DNA of 63,419 nt, filler included, from Basidiobolus ranarum (taxonomy: Eukaryota): NCBI GenBank assembly GCA_040143965.1. It is 53 parts of 53 records of this genome, joined end to end, with 100 filler letters (N's around TTAATTAATTAA, not from the genome) between each part and the next. Parts side by side here need not be neighbours in the genome. Positions count along the whole stretch, not along the records: positions 1 to 1,103 come from JASJQH010013294.1; positions 1,204 to 2,305 come from JASJQH010013295.1; positions 2,406 to 3,507 come from JASJQH010013296.1; positions 3,608 to 4,709 come from JASJQH010013297.1; positions 4,810 to 5,911 come from JASJQH010013298.1; positions 6,012 to 7,113 come from JASJQH010013299.1; positions 7,214 to 8,315 come from JASJQH010013300.1; positions 8,416 to 9,517 come from JASJQH010013301.1; 45 more parts are not named here. The stretch is one strand, 5' to 3'. Shown piece by piece: positions 1 through 12,020 of the stretch. The position numbers and the translations under genes were made by a program. Each line of letters opens with the position of its first letter. The stretch's first letter is position 1. The notes below the pieces were generated by a model, which was not told the DNA's origin, did no database searches, and saw only the letters and a program-made list of their open reading frames with translations.

Positions 1-610
1 ATATGATTCAATTCTGGTAATTGTTGACCGTCTAACAAAGATGGCCCACTTTGTGCCCTGCAACAAGTCAATTGATGCAAAACAAACAGCAGAATTGGTA
101 ACTCAAAACATCTTCCACCTACATGGACTCCCTGAAACTATCATCTCTGACCAAGGACCTCAGTTTGCTTCCAAATTCTGGAAAAGTCTCCTCCATACCT
201 TGGGTATCTCTGCCAATCTCTCCACTGCCTTCCATCCCCAATCTGATGGCCAAACAGAAAGAGTCAATCAAGTTTTGGAACAATATTTGCAATGCACTAT
301 CAACTATAATCAAGATAATTGGACACAACTCTTGCCTCTTGCTGAATTTGCTTACAACAACTCTTATCATACCTCAATAAAGCAAACTCCTTTCTTTGCA
401 AATTATGGATTCCATCCTTGTTTTACAATTCACCCACCATCCAATCTACCTTGCCCTGCTGCTTCAGACCATGCCACTTTCCCAAAGGACATCCATAAAC
501 AATTAACATCCAAGTTGGAGCATGCTCAATTCCAATACAAGAACTTTGCTGATAAGAAAAGAAAGCCAAGCCCAGATCTCAAGCCAAGAGATTATGTTTG
601 GCTACTCCAG
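1..610 (+). mobile_element. Ty3/gypsy (Tf1/sushi-like) integrase core fragment
   Basis: HGLPETIISDQGPQF, TAFHPQSDGQTERVNQ, LPLAEFAYNN motifs; paralogs at 4810-5623 and 54259-55058. Confidence 0.93.
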
Positions 611-1103
611 TATAGTTGTTTTAGGGTTTAAGCAGCAACTATAACTGCAATATCCTAAGGGTTTTGTGAGGTGTCCAAAGGGTGTGATAACCATGGTTGA
701 ATAACTCTGGGATGTACTGTGATATAGGTCTCTCTCTTACCTCTTGGGTCCTTGTGAAAGGGAATCAAGCCTCTGGAAATGTCTAAGGACTGATAAACCA
801 CAATGCAATGTCCAGCTTTCTGTTCAATAATATGCTGGCGCCTGACAAAAGAATATACTAGCTTCAGCATCCTTTGAGAATGATCAAATAAAAAGGGTAT
901 ATCTAATCAAAAATAACTGTAAACTCAGCTAGCAGGGTCTTGAACAAGGATGCACTAGTAGTGATTTATCCAAGGATATGAAAAGTTCCTTGCCTATGGA
1001 GACAAAGCTATGGAAAAAATATAAAGTATCAGAAATATAACACCAACATGTCAGTACTTCTTTTGAGCTGGTCAAGTCCTTTCTAGTCACACAGTAGCCT
1101 GTA
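611..1103. repeat. Non-coding repeat, probably an LTR or leader of another retroelement, interrupting the integrase
   Basis: Same terminal sequence (TRTASTTGYTTT...AGCAACTATA) recurs at ~10570-10719; internal similarity to 47245-47420. Confidence 0.55.
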
Positions 1104-1203
1104 NNNNNNNNNNNNNNNNNNNNNNNNNNNNNNNNNNNNNNNNNNNNTTAATTAATTAANNNNNNNNNNNNNNNNNNNNNNNNNNNNNNNNNNNNNNNNN
1201 NNN
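1104..1203. other. Artificial scaffold linker (N44-TTAATTAATTAA-N44); first of 52 identical linkers, one every ~1.2 kb
   Basis: Identical 100-nt spacer with stops in all six frames; contig lengths fall monotonically from 1103 to 1094 bp. Confidence 0.98.
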
Positions 1204-2305
1204 GCTACCCACCAATTCCTGGAAAGATGCCCAAGACCACTTTTGCAAGCACTTTGATGATCCACTCAAGAAAGCTCACTTACACCGTGATCTTTGGAGA
1301 ATTAGAATGCAAAAGGGAGAAACTGTCCAACACTTCTGTGACAGATTTCAAAGACATATGCAAGAAGCTGGAGTGCAAGACTCTGATCCCTCACTCACTG
1401 CCTACTTTCTCTCCAACTTCAATACCACTCTGCAGAACAACCTGGAGATTATTAAAGCTGCAAATCCAACACGTAGCTATGATAAGGTTTCAGAAGTTGC
1501 TTCCATAGCAATCACCATGCTTGCTGCTACAAGTAGTACTACTTACTCTGCTCACCGCCAACCTTATCAATCAAGTTCCCAAAACACCAATTCTGCTAGG
1601 AATACCTCAAGTCCAAAGTACTGCCAACTTCATGGGAAAGGTTCCCATACTACCAATGATTGTAGAACTTTAGCCAATCAAGCAAACAAGTCAAACTCAA
1701 CATCTGGCAAGCCAAACCAACCAACCACCAAGCAAGAAAACCCCTATGCTGATGACCGCTGCTTTAAATGCAATGAACTTGGTCATAGAGCACCTGCATG
1801 CCCACAAAACAAAGCACCTACTGCTAAACTCACCCAAGTCTCTGAGGAATCATCATCTCAACTGGATGTTACACCTGCAGAAGATTTCACCAGCTTTGAA
1901 GAAGCTTATCAAGAACTCACGGTACAAGACTACCAAAATCTCTTTGACTGTTCAGCCAAAATTGCCACTGTCAAAGATAAGAAGCAATCAACCAACCACC
2001 TCAAAGCTATTGAAGTACCCTTAAAACTTAATGGTCACCAATACATAGCACTCTTGGATACTGGATCTACCAACTCTATTGTCTCACCCACAGTAGTTGA
2101 AGAACTCAATTTGGAAATAGAAAAGCAACCTGGAAACATTATTCTTGCTGCCAAAGATGTTTCTGCCCCAAGAATAGGAGTCACCAACTCTGTCAATATT
2201 CAATGTGGAAATTCTCAAATTTCACACCGCATGGAAGTCATGAATATCCCTGATGGACCATTAGTTGTTATTGGTCTAGATATATTCACTCAACTTGGCT
2301 TCAAT
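1204..2305 (+). mobile_element. Ty3/gypsy gag-protease fragment
   Basis: Zinc knuckle CFKCNELGHRAPAC, YCQLHGKGSHTTNDC, aspartic protease ALLDTGS, VVIGLD. Confidence 0.9.
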
Positions 2306-2406
2306 NNNNNNNNNNNNNNNNNNNNNNNNNNNNNNNNNNNNNNNNNNNNTTAATTAATTAANNNNNNNNNNNNNNNNNNNNNNNNNNNNNNNNNNNNNNN
2401 NNNNNA

Positions 2407-3061
2407 AACTGTGTGATTAATTTATCTCCCAATAAAAAGCTGGTAATTGCTGGAGTCTTTGGTGCTCTCAGAGAAGGAGGTATATACGAATGCTAAAGAA
2501 ATTCACCCGCATCAATTCTGATGGTCATTGTCTAGGGGAGTTCTATTTCTCTGATGTGTATGCCGATAGACCGGTACCGGAAGAAGTTCGTCAACATCCT
2601 ATCTTGGTAGGAGAGTGTCTTGGTGGAGCACTTGAAATTGAGGTAATTTTAAGTCCACTTAATGCTTACACGTAGAATGCTTTTCATTGACAGCCATGTT
2701 CAGGAGGATATGTCAGAATGTTGGTTTTGTAGATACTCGTATGCTTTCCAAATCCCCTATTGAAGTAGTAGATCAGGAACTTTTAACTCTAGTGGGAGAT
2801 GTTAAATTCTATTCCATCACTTATCGATTATTCAAGATATCTACTTTGAAGCAAGCCCGTAAATACCAAGGTCATACCGCCACTTATCTGGGGACAATTC
2901 CTGGGCACCCAGAAGGGTATTTACTTGATGCTTGTACCTATTTATTGAAGGATCAGCCCATTTCAGTAAGTGTTAATTCTGCTGAGATTCTTTCGAAGAC
3001 TTGGTCAAAGTTGAGCAAAATTTTGCCAAAGCAGCAGCGCCTGTTCCCATACCCCTTTTAA
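2407..3061 (+). pseudogene. AS3MT: Arsenite methyltransferase (AS3MT/ArsM-like), C-terminal part, probably degenerate
   Basis: Exons 2407-2479 (NCVINLSPNK...EGG), 2536-2642 (EFYFSDVYADR...GECLGGAL) and ~2694-3061 (FRRICQNVGFVD...KFYSITYRLFK...YLGTIPGHP); the second intron's obvious acceptor is out of phase. Confidence 0.8.
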
Positions 3062-3607
3062 GCAACAACTGCCTCAATGATCCAAAGAGCTGTTGCTAAG
3101 TATCACACAAACTGAACAATAAATCATTAATACGATCCTTGTGAGTGGGGAATGACAACTAATAATGGCAAATGGTATTCCAATGGCTGTATCTGAACCT
3201 TAATTTTTAATCCAACCTATAACAGATAACAATTCCAAATCAATTCCAATTCCGATTCAGGGTTTGATTGATCGTTGTGCATCCCAAAATTCATTGAGTC
3301 TAGAGATTAAGTATACTCGCTTCAATAGTAGTTAGTATCAAAGCCACATTCCGTTGTAATTTGAAATTAAACAGAAACCATTGGATAGATCAGGTGACAT
3401 GATCAAAGTATTTCATCATCCGAGAAAGATATACCCACGAATACTGATATCCAAGGCTCTATTGTGGCCCATTTAGATTTCTGTAACAATCCAAACAGCA
3501 CCGTTACNNNNNNNNNNNNNNNNNNNNNNNNNNNNNNNNNNNNNNNNNNNNTTAATTAATTAANNNNNNNNNNNNNNNNNNNNNNNNNNNNNNNNNNNNN
3601 NNNNNNN

Positions 3608-4709
3608 AATATCACCTAACTGGAAATTGGGACATATATTTTATATATATGTGAATAATGTGAGAATTAGCAATTCAATATTGGAAATTTCAAACTTGTC
3701 CAAATTACCCCAAAGATAGCTCATTTTACTCCCACAGATGTTCTGAACACAACACCAGTGTTAGTTTTCTTTATTTCCACCAAAATGTATAAATGCTTTA
3801 ATTCTGGACAATAAATAATTATCTCACAAAGCTTTCCACAACTTCACTTTTCTAAAGTTCCTTGAAACAGCCCATATTTTCCCAATAGTTTGAGGATCTT
3901 GACTTAATGGGAGTAGACTTTGTATATTGGAGGCAACTTATGATAGTGTTTTAGTTACTTTATTCTTAAGAGAATAAGGTTACTTATATAGTAGAGAAGT
4001 AAATAAATTGTTAGAGATATTCAGGAGTTTGTGTAATAAAATATATTAGATAAGTGAGGGTAATAAGACATACTGATTATAGAGATATAGAGATATTCCT
4101 AATTATAATATAGGGGCTATAGATATGTTGCTTGCTGTTTCTGATACACATATTGTAATTAAAGTTAACTAAGATGTTGAATAAAGACCAATTATCCAAC
4201 ATGCTTACTCTTAGACCAAATTATATATGTTGACTTTCAACTCAATAAATCAAAAAGTGGAAAGCATCAATTCTTTTGGTTCTCCAAACTGCTTCCAACA
4301 AACTCCTAAAATACTTCAACAGTAAGCAAAAATTGATTTGGCATAATAGCCCAAAGTCATGGAATTTAACTAGAGAACTTAAGAAACACTGCTTGGCTCA
4401 TGGATCAATGAAGTGTGATGGTAAAGATAGGAACTATGCCAATTATGCTACCAAAGCAAAATCTACCAGTTACTATTCCCATATTTACCTAATTTCCTTA
4501 GGTTGTATAACATATCTAGACCAACTTGAGACTGTATATCTCTCAAAAGGTCTACAAGGGAAGATGCTTGCCAATAGGTTCACCACTAAGTTGAATATTG
4601 TTGAAATTAGCATTGCCTAAACACCTATATAGTCATATATAGCTTAGTACTTAGTTATCTTGTAACTCACTAAGATACTATCAATTATTCTCAATCGGAA
4701 TTTACTTAG
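3608..4709. repeat. Cluster of copia LTR pieces: LTR-A 3' part (3608-3887), LTR-C inverted (~3888-4201), LTR-B pieces (~4202-4321, ~4599-4709)
   Basis: Similarity to LTRs at 52060-52437, 55504-55820 and 59073-59420. Confidence 0.75.
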
Positions 4710-4809
4710 NNNNNNNNNNNNNNNNNNNNNNNNNNNNNNNNNNNNNNNNNNNNTTAATTAATTAANNNNNNNNNNNNNNNNNNNNNNNNNNNNNNNNNNN
4801 NNNNNNNNN

Positions 4810-5623
4810 GTGGAGAGATTGGCCACAATATCTATGGTTAGGAGAAGATTTTCCAGAATTTGGAGGCAAACTGAGATCCTTGGTCGGAGATGATAGTTTT
4901 AGGGAGTCCCTGTAGGCAGAAGATATTTTAAGTCACCAATTCTGCTGTTTGTTTTACATCAATTGACTTGTTGCAGGGCACAAAGTGGGCCATCTTTGTT
5001 AGATGGTCAACAATTACCAGATTTGTATGATATTTGGCAGACAAGGGTAGGTCAGCTAAAAATCCAAGGATATTGATTTCCACTGATGATTGGGAATTAG
5101 CAGCGGCTGTAGGAGCCCATAGGGTGGATGTCTTTAATTCTTCACTATAACATAAGTATCATAAGTGGAAACATAAATCTTGACAAATGATACATTTCAG
5201 GCTGCCAATAATCATCTGATACCAATATATATGATTTGGCAGTACCAAAGTGTTTGGCAAGTGGTGAGTCATGTCTTTCCCTTATGATATTGAGTCTGGG
5301 AGTGTGGTCTGGAAATTAAAGGTGCTTCTTTTAAAACAAGAGATTGCCAATGAAGGAGAAGTGGTGTTGCATGTCAAAGCTTGAGAGGCCTTGGGTGTAT
5401 GCTGTGGTTTTGTGATTTATATTACCAACGGGTCTTCAGATTGATGTTTACAAATGTTTTCAATGAAAATGCTCTGACTAGGCAGAGGAAGAGCAGTTGC
5501 ACAAATTTGAAGCTGGTGGAGCTTCTGTAAGACAGTATTTAGTTGGCCAAAGGCCTCATTGACTACTTTAGGCTGCTATTCTACTCTATGTGCTAAGGCA
5601 TCAGGTCTTCCTTTCTGGCTACC
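4810..5623 (-). mobile_element. Decayed gypsy RNaseH-integrase region
   Basis: Reverse complement matches 24500-25125 and 1-200; many stops and frameshifts. Confidence 0.85.
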
Positions 5624-5911
5624 CCCTCACAGAAATTTGAGGATTGTTATTGTAGGAAAACCATCACAATTTTAATCCATTTGGGACTGAACATTTACTT
5701 ACCATCATAGAATTGTCAAGTTAGCTTAGATTTTAATCAATTTTTTCAGTTTCAGGAGTGAAATTTCAAGATCTTGCAAAATAGTTGCACATGATTGGCA
5801 ACAATCTCAGTGAACTATGGATCAACACATGTGCAAAAAACATAACTCAAATCTTATACAATTACCACTTGAATGCTAATTTGTCACCTTTGAAATCCTT
5901 AGTCTCTTTGA
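5624..5911 (+). mobile_element. CACTA-like DNA transposon end B inserted in gypsy pol
   Basis: CCCTCACAGAAATTTGAGG start, matching the ends at 53606, 60155, 33185 and 22502 (rev). Confidence 0.85.
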
Positions 5912-6011
5912 NNNNNNNNNNNNNNNNNNNNNNNNNNNNNNNNNNNNNNNNNNNNTTAATTAATTAANNNNNNNNNNNNNNNNNNNNNNNNNNNNNNNNN
6001 NNNNNNNNNNN

Positions 6012-7113
6012 CTCAAGTATATCTTGTTTTGTCATCAATAAAGGTCATAAAGTAATTTTTCCCACCCTGTGAGATGTTTTTCATGGGCCCACATAGGTCA
6101 GAATGCATCAGGAAAAAATTGTGAGTGGATTTGATCTCTCCAGGGCTTGAAAACGGCTGTCTGTGATGTTTTCCATATATGCAACCTTTACACAGATCCA
6201 ATTGAGTGATATTTCAAATTTCCAAGCCTGAAACAAGCTGTTTTGGATCATTTGGGTCAGTTTTTTGTTCACCAATATGGCTTAAACTTCTATGCCTTGT
6301 TTGACTACTTATTTCACCAGTTTTGGCCAAGTTTGCATGCTCAGAATGCAATTTGTTGATTTCTAGCTTGTATAAGTTTTGATTTTTAATACCAGTAGCT
6401 AATTTGGTATTATTCTGATCGGTGATAGTACATCCAGCCTTACTGAACATGAAATTTAATCCTTGAGTTGTTGCTTGGCTTAATGAGAGTAGATTCTTGG
6501 CTATATTTGGTACATAGAGTACTTCATCTAATATTGCCAATGGTATAGCTGAATTCCGGTCTAAATTGAGTACAACTATGCCCTTACCAACTGCAGCTAG
6601 AGCAAAGTCATCACCCAAGTAGACTTTCCTTATTTGGATTGGTTTTAAGTTGGAAAACCAATCTTTTCTGTTTGACATATGATGGGAAGCTCCTGAATCA
6701 ATTTACCACATTCCTGAGTCTTCTTTAGTGGTTACTGATAGGGTAGACACATATAGATGATCTCTATCAGTGCTTACTTGATTTGCTTGTTCCAATTTTA
6801 GCTTTTTACAAAAATCTTTTTTCTGCAATATTTGATTAAACGGCCTGGTATCTTGCAATACTTGCAGATGACTAATTTCCTGATAGGGGCACCATTATTG
6901 AAGCCTGTTGGTTATTGGACAGCTCCAAAAAATGCCTGTTCTGCATTATTTTGCTGAGAATTAGATCTCCTTAATTCTTCATTTAAAAGCCTAGCATCAA
7001 CGTATTCCATTGTTAATGGCTCTGATCTTGATTCTAGGGCAATTATGAGGTTCCCAAACTTGTCTGGCAGGCTCCCAAGTAGTGTCATGACTAAGTCATC
7101 TTCATTTAGAGGT
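6012..7113 (-). mobile_element. Ty1/copia gag-protease-integrase N-terminal fragment, decayed
   Basis: DSGASHHM, VLYVPNIAKNLLS, CKGCIYGKHHRQPF, HSDLCGPM, FIDDKTRY. Confidence 0.92.
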
Positions 7114-7213
7114 NNNNNNNNNNNNNNNNNNNNNNNNNNNNNNNNNNNNNNNNNNNNTTAATTAATTAANNNNNNNNNNNNNNNNNNNNNNNNNNNNNNN
7201 NNNNNNNNNNNNN

Positions 7214-7504
7214 AGGTGTATTGGTTGAACTTTGCTCAACTATTGAATTACTACATAATTGGAGGATTACAATCTCTTCACTTGCACTATTGCTGGAAAA
7301 GAACACATCTGGTAAATTGATTAATGCTTCATCATCACTTGAGTTAGTTTCCAGCATGTTAATGCCTCCCAAAGTGGATAGTGGATTGCCAGACTGCTCC
7401 ACAATTAAGTCCTTGGTTCTTGCTGGTTTTTTTCCTTTTAAGCCAGCAGGCTTTGGCTTGGAAGCTGATTTTGATTTAGATTTTGAATACTTTTTGAATG
7501 GCAT
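7214..7504 (-). mobile_element. CACTA-like element: 5' part of accessory ORF2 (Lys-rich N-terminus)
   Basis: MPFKKYSKSK...MLETNSSDDEALINLPDVF overlaps ORF 10823. Confidence 0.7.
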
Positions 7505-7740
7505 TGAAACTTTCAGATGGTAAACTTGGTGTAATGAAATTGCTTAGAAAAAGCTTATAATAAACCAAAATTGCCATCCATTACCAGAAATATCTTGTAA
7601 ATCCCCTGATGACTCATTTGTGACACTGTCTCAGAATCAGCTAATGATATTGATTGGTTATACCTAAAATACTACCCTTATGTGGGAGGTGTTCTTTTTT
7701 CGACAATATTCTTCCCATGCCATAACACTAACATTCAAAG

Positions 7741-8315
7741 AAGCCCAGCTATTATTGTCACAAATTCTTGTGCCATGAAAGCCGGAGGCCTCATAGAAAA
7801 ATAATTACAAGCATGGTCACTGTACAAAACCACCAGCTGCACAAAGCCTGGTTTATAACAATAGTAATAAGTGAGCTAAATCAACTTTGGTTTTGCTCAT
7901 TGGGTCCACTGACTGTAGTTTGCCTCAAAGTTCTGGTAACACAGCCAAAAGTCAAGATACTGTGGAGTTACCACAGTTATATGAACAGAATGATGTAGAT
8001 CAAAATGTAACTTTGGTCAAACCAGTAAGTCCAGACAACTTTGAGGACTTGCCGCTAGTTGTTGACCTAGGTTATTCCAGTATCAATGATAGTATATCAG
8101 TAGTGGAAGAAGAAGACAATGGCTTTATTACAGACACTTTGTTATTGGCAAACATTAGTCCACTCATAACACTTACTGTAAAGGAAGCAGCTTTGATTGT
8201 TGAGGAGTGGAGATTTCAATCCAATCATAGCAACTAGGTATATATTGGTTTTCTTACACTTTTACCAGAGTTGATTGGCAACTGTTGCTAGCCACAGACC
8301 TGGTACAAGTGGAAA
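7741..8315 (+). mobile_element. CACTA-like element: 5' part of the transposase gene, divergent from ORF2
   Basis: PSYYCHKFLCH...LANISPLITLTVKEAALIVEE...PQTWYKW; the homologous stretch in 51573-52059 (-) runs directly into the (M)TYNPSVIKLPSCPNG sequence of 13226. Confidence 0.7.
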
Positions 8316-8415
8316 NNNNNNNNNNNNNNNNNNNNNNNNNNNNNNNNNNNNNNNNNNNNTTAATTAATTAANNNNNNNNNNNNNNNNNNNNNNNNNNNNN
8401 NNNNNNNNNNNNNNN

Positions 8416-9104
8416 AATAGCTAAGTGGGGGGAATAAGACATACTTGTTACATAGATATAGAGAAATTTCTATTTAGAATATAGTGGCTATAGATATATT
8501 GCTTTCTGCTTCTGATATAAGTATTGTAACTAAAGTGAACTATGATGTTGAATAAAGATTAATTATTCAACAGAAACACTTCTCCTTTGCTTGACAGAAG
8601 ATATGAAACTGTGAAGTGAGATTCATCATCAATAAAGATGAGTTCATATTTTTGCTTACTTTCTGTCAGAGTTTGCATTGGGCCAGATCAGTTTGTATGA
8701 ATGAGATCCAATAAATCTTTTGCTTTGCTAGTCCCTTCTTTTGGAAATGGGCTTCTGGTGATTTTCCCTTGAGTACAGCTTTCACATTTAGTAATATCTG
8801 AGGGCTTAAGATCCATTCCAGTACATAGGCTATTTTTATATAATAGTTTCACACTATTATAATCTAGATGACCCAAGTGCTGATACCAACTCATCAAGTT
8901 TCCCGAAGTAATTGTTGCAAAGTTAGAAACAGCCTCAGTTATTGGTGCTATATCCAGGTGATATAGGTTCCCAATTCTTGTTCCAGTTGCTACTATCAAG
9001 TCCTTTGACTTGTATATGGTTGCTTTTCCTTGGCTGAATTTGTAATCATAATGTTTCTTTTTAATTGCTCCAATTGAAAACAGATTTGTTGTAAATAATG
9101 GAAT
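8416..9104 (-). mobile_element. Copia GAG-pre-integrase/integrase fragment (8573-9104) with inserted LTR-C (8416-8572)
   Basis: WYQHLGHL, CESCTQGKITRSPF, LDLIHT; LTR-C similarity. Confidence 0.85.
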
Positions 9105-9517
9105 TGTCACAATAAAGAACTGGACAAGGACTGGAAACAACAACAAGAGGCTAGAAGACAGGAGAGTACTTGGGTGTAGACCACAAGACAAGACAAGACA
9201 AGACAAGACAAGACTGGACAAGGAAGATACTTCGGCACAAATCTTTATTGATAACTGGTGTTGATCAGACTGAGGTCTGATCAAGGAATACATGGGGCTT
9301 ATATAGATATTGCAAGGTGAAACATAAAATACTGAATAGGGAATATACTGTGGCAAGTTTGAGAGTTCAGGTGTTGGGGACTACAAGGACCAATACAAAG
9401 AGGGAAGATGTAAGGATGATCAGGTGACCTTCCATGGAAGGTCTTGGCAGAAATACACTATGTGTGGGATGACATGATTGGTTAGGTTTCATGGAATGTT
9501 CCAAAGAACATGATTTC
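9105..9517 (-). repeat. Gypsy (sushi-like) LTR, 3' part ending ...TTATTGTGACA
   Basis: Same LTR abuts the gag leader at 47557-47884; 5' end TGTCATGA at 45242; TATATAA box, AATAAA, (GACAA)n microsatellite. Confidence 0.85.
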
Positions 9518-9617
9518 NNNNNNNNNNNNNNNNNNNNNNNNNNNNNNNNNNNNNNNNNNNNTTAATTAATTAANNNNNNNNNNNNNNNNNNNNNNNNNNN
9601 NNNNNNNNNNNNNNNNN

Positions 9618-10719
9618 GTGGGAGTAAAATGCGCTATCTTTGGGGCAATTTGGTTGAGTTTGAAACTTCCATTATGGAATTGCTAATTCTCACATTATTC
9701 ACATATATATATAATTTATGTTCCAATTTTCAGCTAAGTGATATTTGACTAAGTAATGTTAACACTCCCTGCTTTCCTTGATCAGACTTCATTCTGATCA
9801 ATGCCAGTTGTCAATAAAGATTCTTGCCAAAGTCCCTTGCCTTTCCAGTCTTATCTTGTCTTGCCTTGTTAGCTACACCCACCTACCCTCCCACTTTCAA
9901 GGCACTTGTGCCTGTTTTGAGTCCTTGTCCAGTTCCTTATTGTGACAGTGAAAGATGAAGCAGGAAATGCATTCAATACTGGCATAGATAAAGTCTATAT
10001 TCATAAATCTGTAAGCAAGTTCCTTGTATCCAATCACAAAATCTTTGCATAGTTGCTGTATTTGCCTGAGATCTGCCATTGTGAGTAGATACCATAAGTA
10101 TATATTAACAATATCCACACACAACTCTCAATTTTACCAATACTTATCAGGCTGAACTCTTTGCAAGATTCCAATTGAATATATACAAGTCCCATGCTTC
10201 CATTTTTTGCATTTGAATAAACACCTGGACAAGTGGTGTGCATGGAAATCCTGGTAAAATATGATGGTATCTTGATGGTTTCAAGCATTTTGATAATTGA
10301 TTCAAACTTTGATCCTATCTTGTAAAGCTTGTTCAGATGGAATTTTCCATTACACAGCCAATTAAGTAGTGTTCAAATGTTGTTATATAGTAAGTGCATA
10401 GTGCCTAATGGGAAGCTCTGGCTCCAGCTGATCCCCTTTGACAATATAACCTTAGGCCTACAGCTAGTCCCAAGTTTGATGATTGACTGACTATTTGGTG
10501 AATTGATATCAGCAAGCATGTTGAAATCTGACTGGGCTCTTGATGGTAATATCATGGACTTTAGTGCAGTGTACTTGCTTTTGGGTGTTAGTAGCAACTA
10601 TAAATGCAATGTTTTAAGGGCTTTGTGAGGTATTGAGAGAGTGCAATAAACATGGTTGAATGACTCTGGAATCTTGCCTCTTGGGTCTTTGTGGAAGGGA
10701 ATCAAGCCTCTAGAAAGAT
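9618..10719. mobile_element. Nested mosaic: copia LTR-A (-, 9618-~9763), gypsy LTR 3' end (+, to 9947), CACTA transposase fragment (-, 9948-~10570), repeat as at 611
   Basis: Internal similarity; ISWSQSFPLGTMHLL and IKIPSYFTR peptides. Confidence 0.8.
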
Positions 10720-10819
10720 NNNNNNNNNNNNNNNNNNNNNNNNNNNNNNNNNNNNNNNNNNNNTTAATTAATTAANNNNNNNNNNNNNNNNNNNNNNNNN
10801 NNNNNNNNNNNNNNNNNNN

Positions 10820-11920
10820 AACATGCTGGAAACTAACTCAAGTGATGATGAAGCATTAATCAATTTACCAGATGTGTTCCTTTTCAGCAATAGTGCAAGT
10901 CAAGAGATTGTAATCCCCCAATTACAAAGTAAATCAATAGTTGAGCAAAGTTCAACCAAAATACCATTAAGATTGTCAACTTCCACAATGGCTACTTTGA
11001 CCACTAGTTGAACAACCCTCTGCAGAAAGCTTGGATGGAATTATTACAACAATGGAATTGCAGGAAGAACACCATAATGATTTGTATGCAATCATAAGTA
11101 AAAATTACAAAGTTGCTATACAGGCCATGACAAGTTATAATACTGCAACATTGCAATTAATGCACCATTCTGAAGTAATTAGTCATCAGTTAGATAGTCA
11201 CTCAACAATGATACAAGACCTTCAGAATGCTGTAGTTGAGCTACAGCAACATGCTGCTCCCTCCATCCATTCTCATATGGGATTTCAATCAATCCCACAC
11301 CATTCATATGAATATCACCATGCCAATTGAGCAGAGCAGAATATGTTAAACCATTAAGCCTACAGAATGACCTAAAATTACTTGGGCACATGAAAGTAGA
11401 GATCTCATAGGAAAACCAGCAAACCAAAAGACCCTGAATGTCAGAGCTGCCATTACTTGCTCTGATAATGAGTGGTTTAACATTTTGGAAACTGTGTGGA
11501 ATCTTGCCCTAAATCACCTGGATTTTAGCCAATTGTGGAAAAACCAAAAACCAGGCATTACTCTGAAGATTCTTGACTTATTTCATGTTGCTTATCATGG
11601 GTTTTTGCAAGCCAATGGCAATTGGGCTAGTATAGGCCTATTCATGAAACATCTCAAAAATGTGCACAATTATCAACTTGAAAAGAAAGAAAAGCAGCTA
11701 AAGAAGTACTCAAGGAGCAGGAAGTTAATAAACCCAAGGGAAAAGCAAAGGAGCCAGTGAGTTTAGGCTCTACTGTCCCACTTACCAAATTCTTCACACC
11801 ATTACAAAGATCTGCATTTCCAGAGTCAGATATACTGGCAAAAAAGCTTAATTTCACTATGGAACTGGGTACACCAGTTGGAAGAGTGCAAAATTTGGAA
11901 GTTTATCCAACACCTGGCAC
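10820..11920 (+). mobile_element. CACTA-like element ORF2, middle part (coiled-coil-like), with stops and frameshifts
   Basis: Overlaps 7214-7360 (-) and 50377-50860 (+). Confidence 0.7.
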
Positions 11921-12020
11921 NNNNNNNNNNNNNNNNNNNNNNNNNNNNNNNNNNNNNNNNNNNNTTAATTAATTAANNNNNNNNNNNNNNNNNNNNNNNN
12001 NNNNNNNNNNNNNNNNNNNN

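Noticed and set aside
8688-9356. 222-aa ORF with a hydrophobic N-terminus (env-like?)
   Set aside because: Chance read-through from an inserted gypsy LTR (GACAA microsatellite) into a copia integrase frame.
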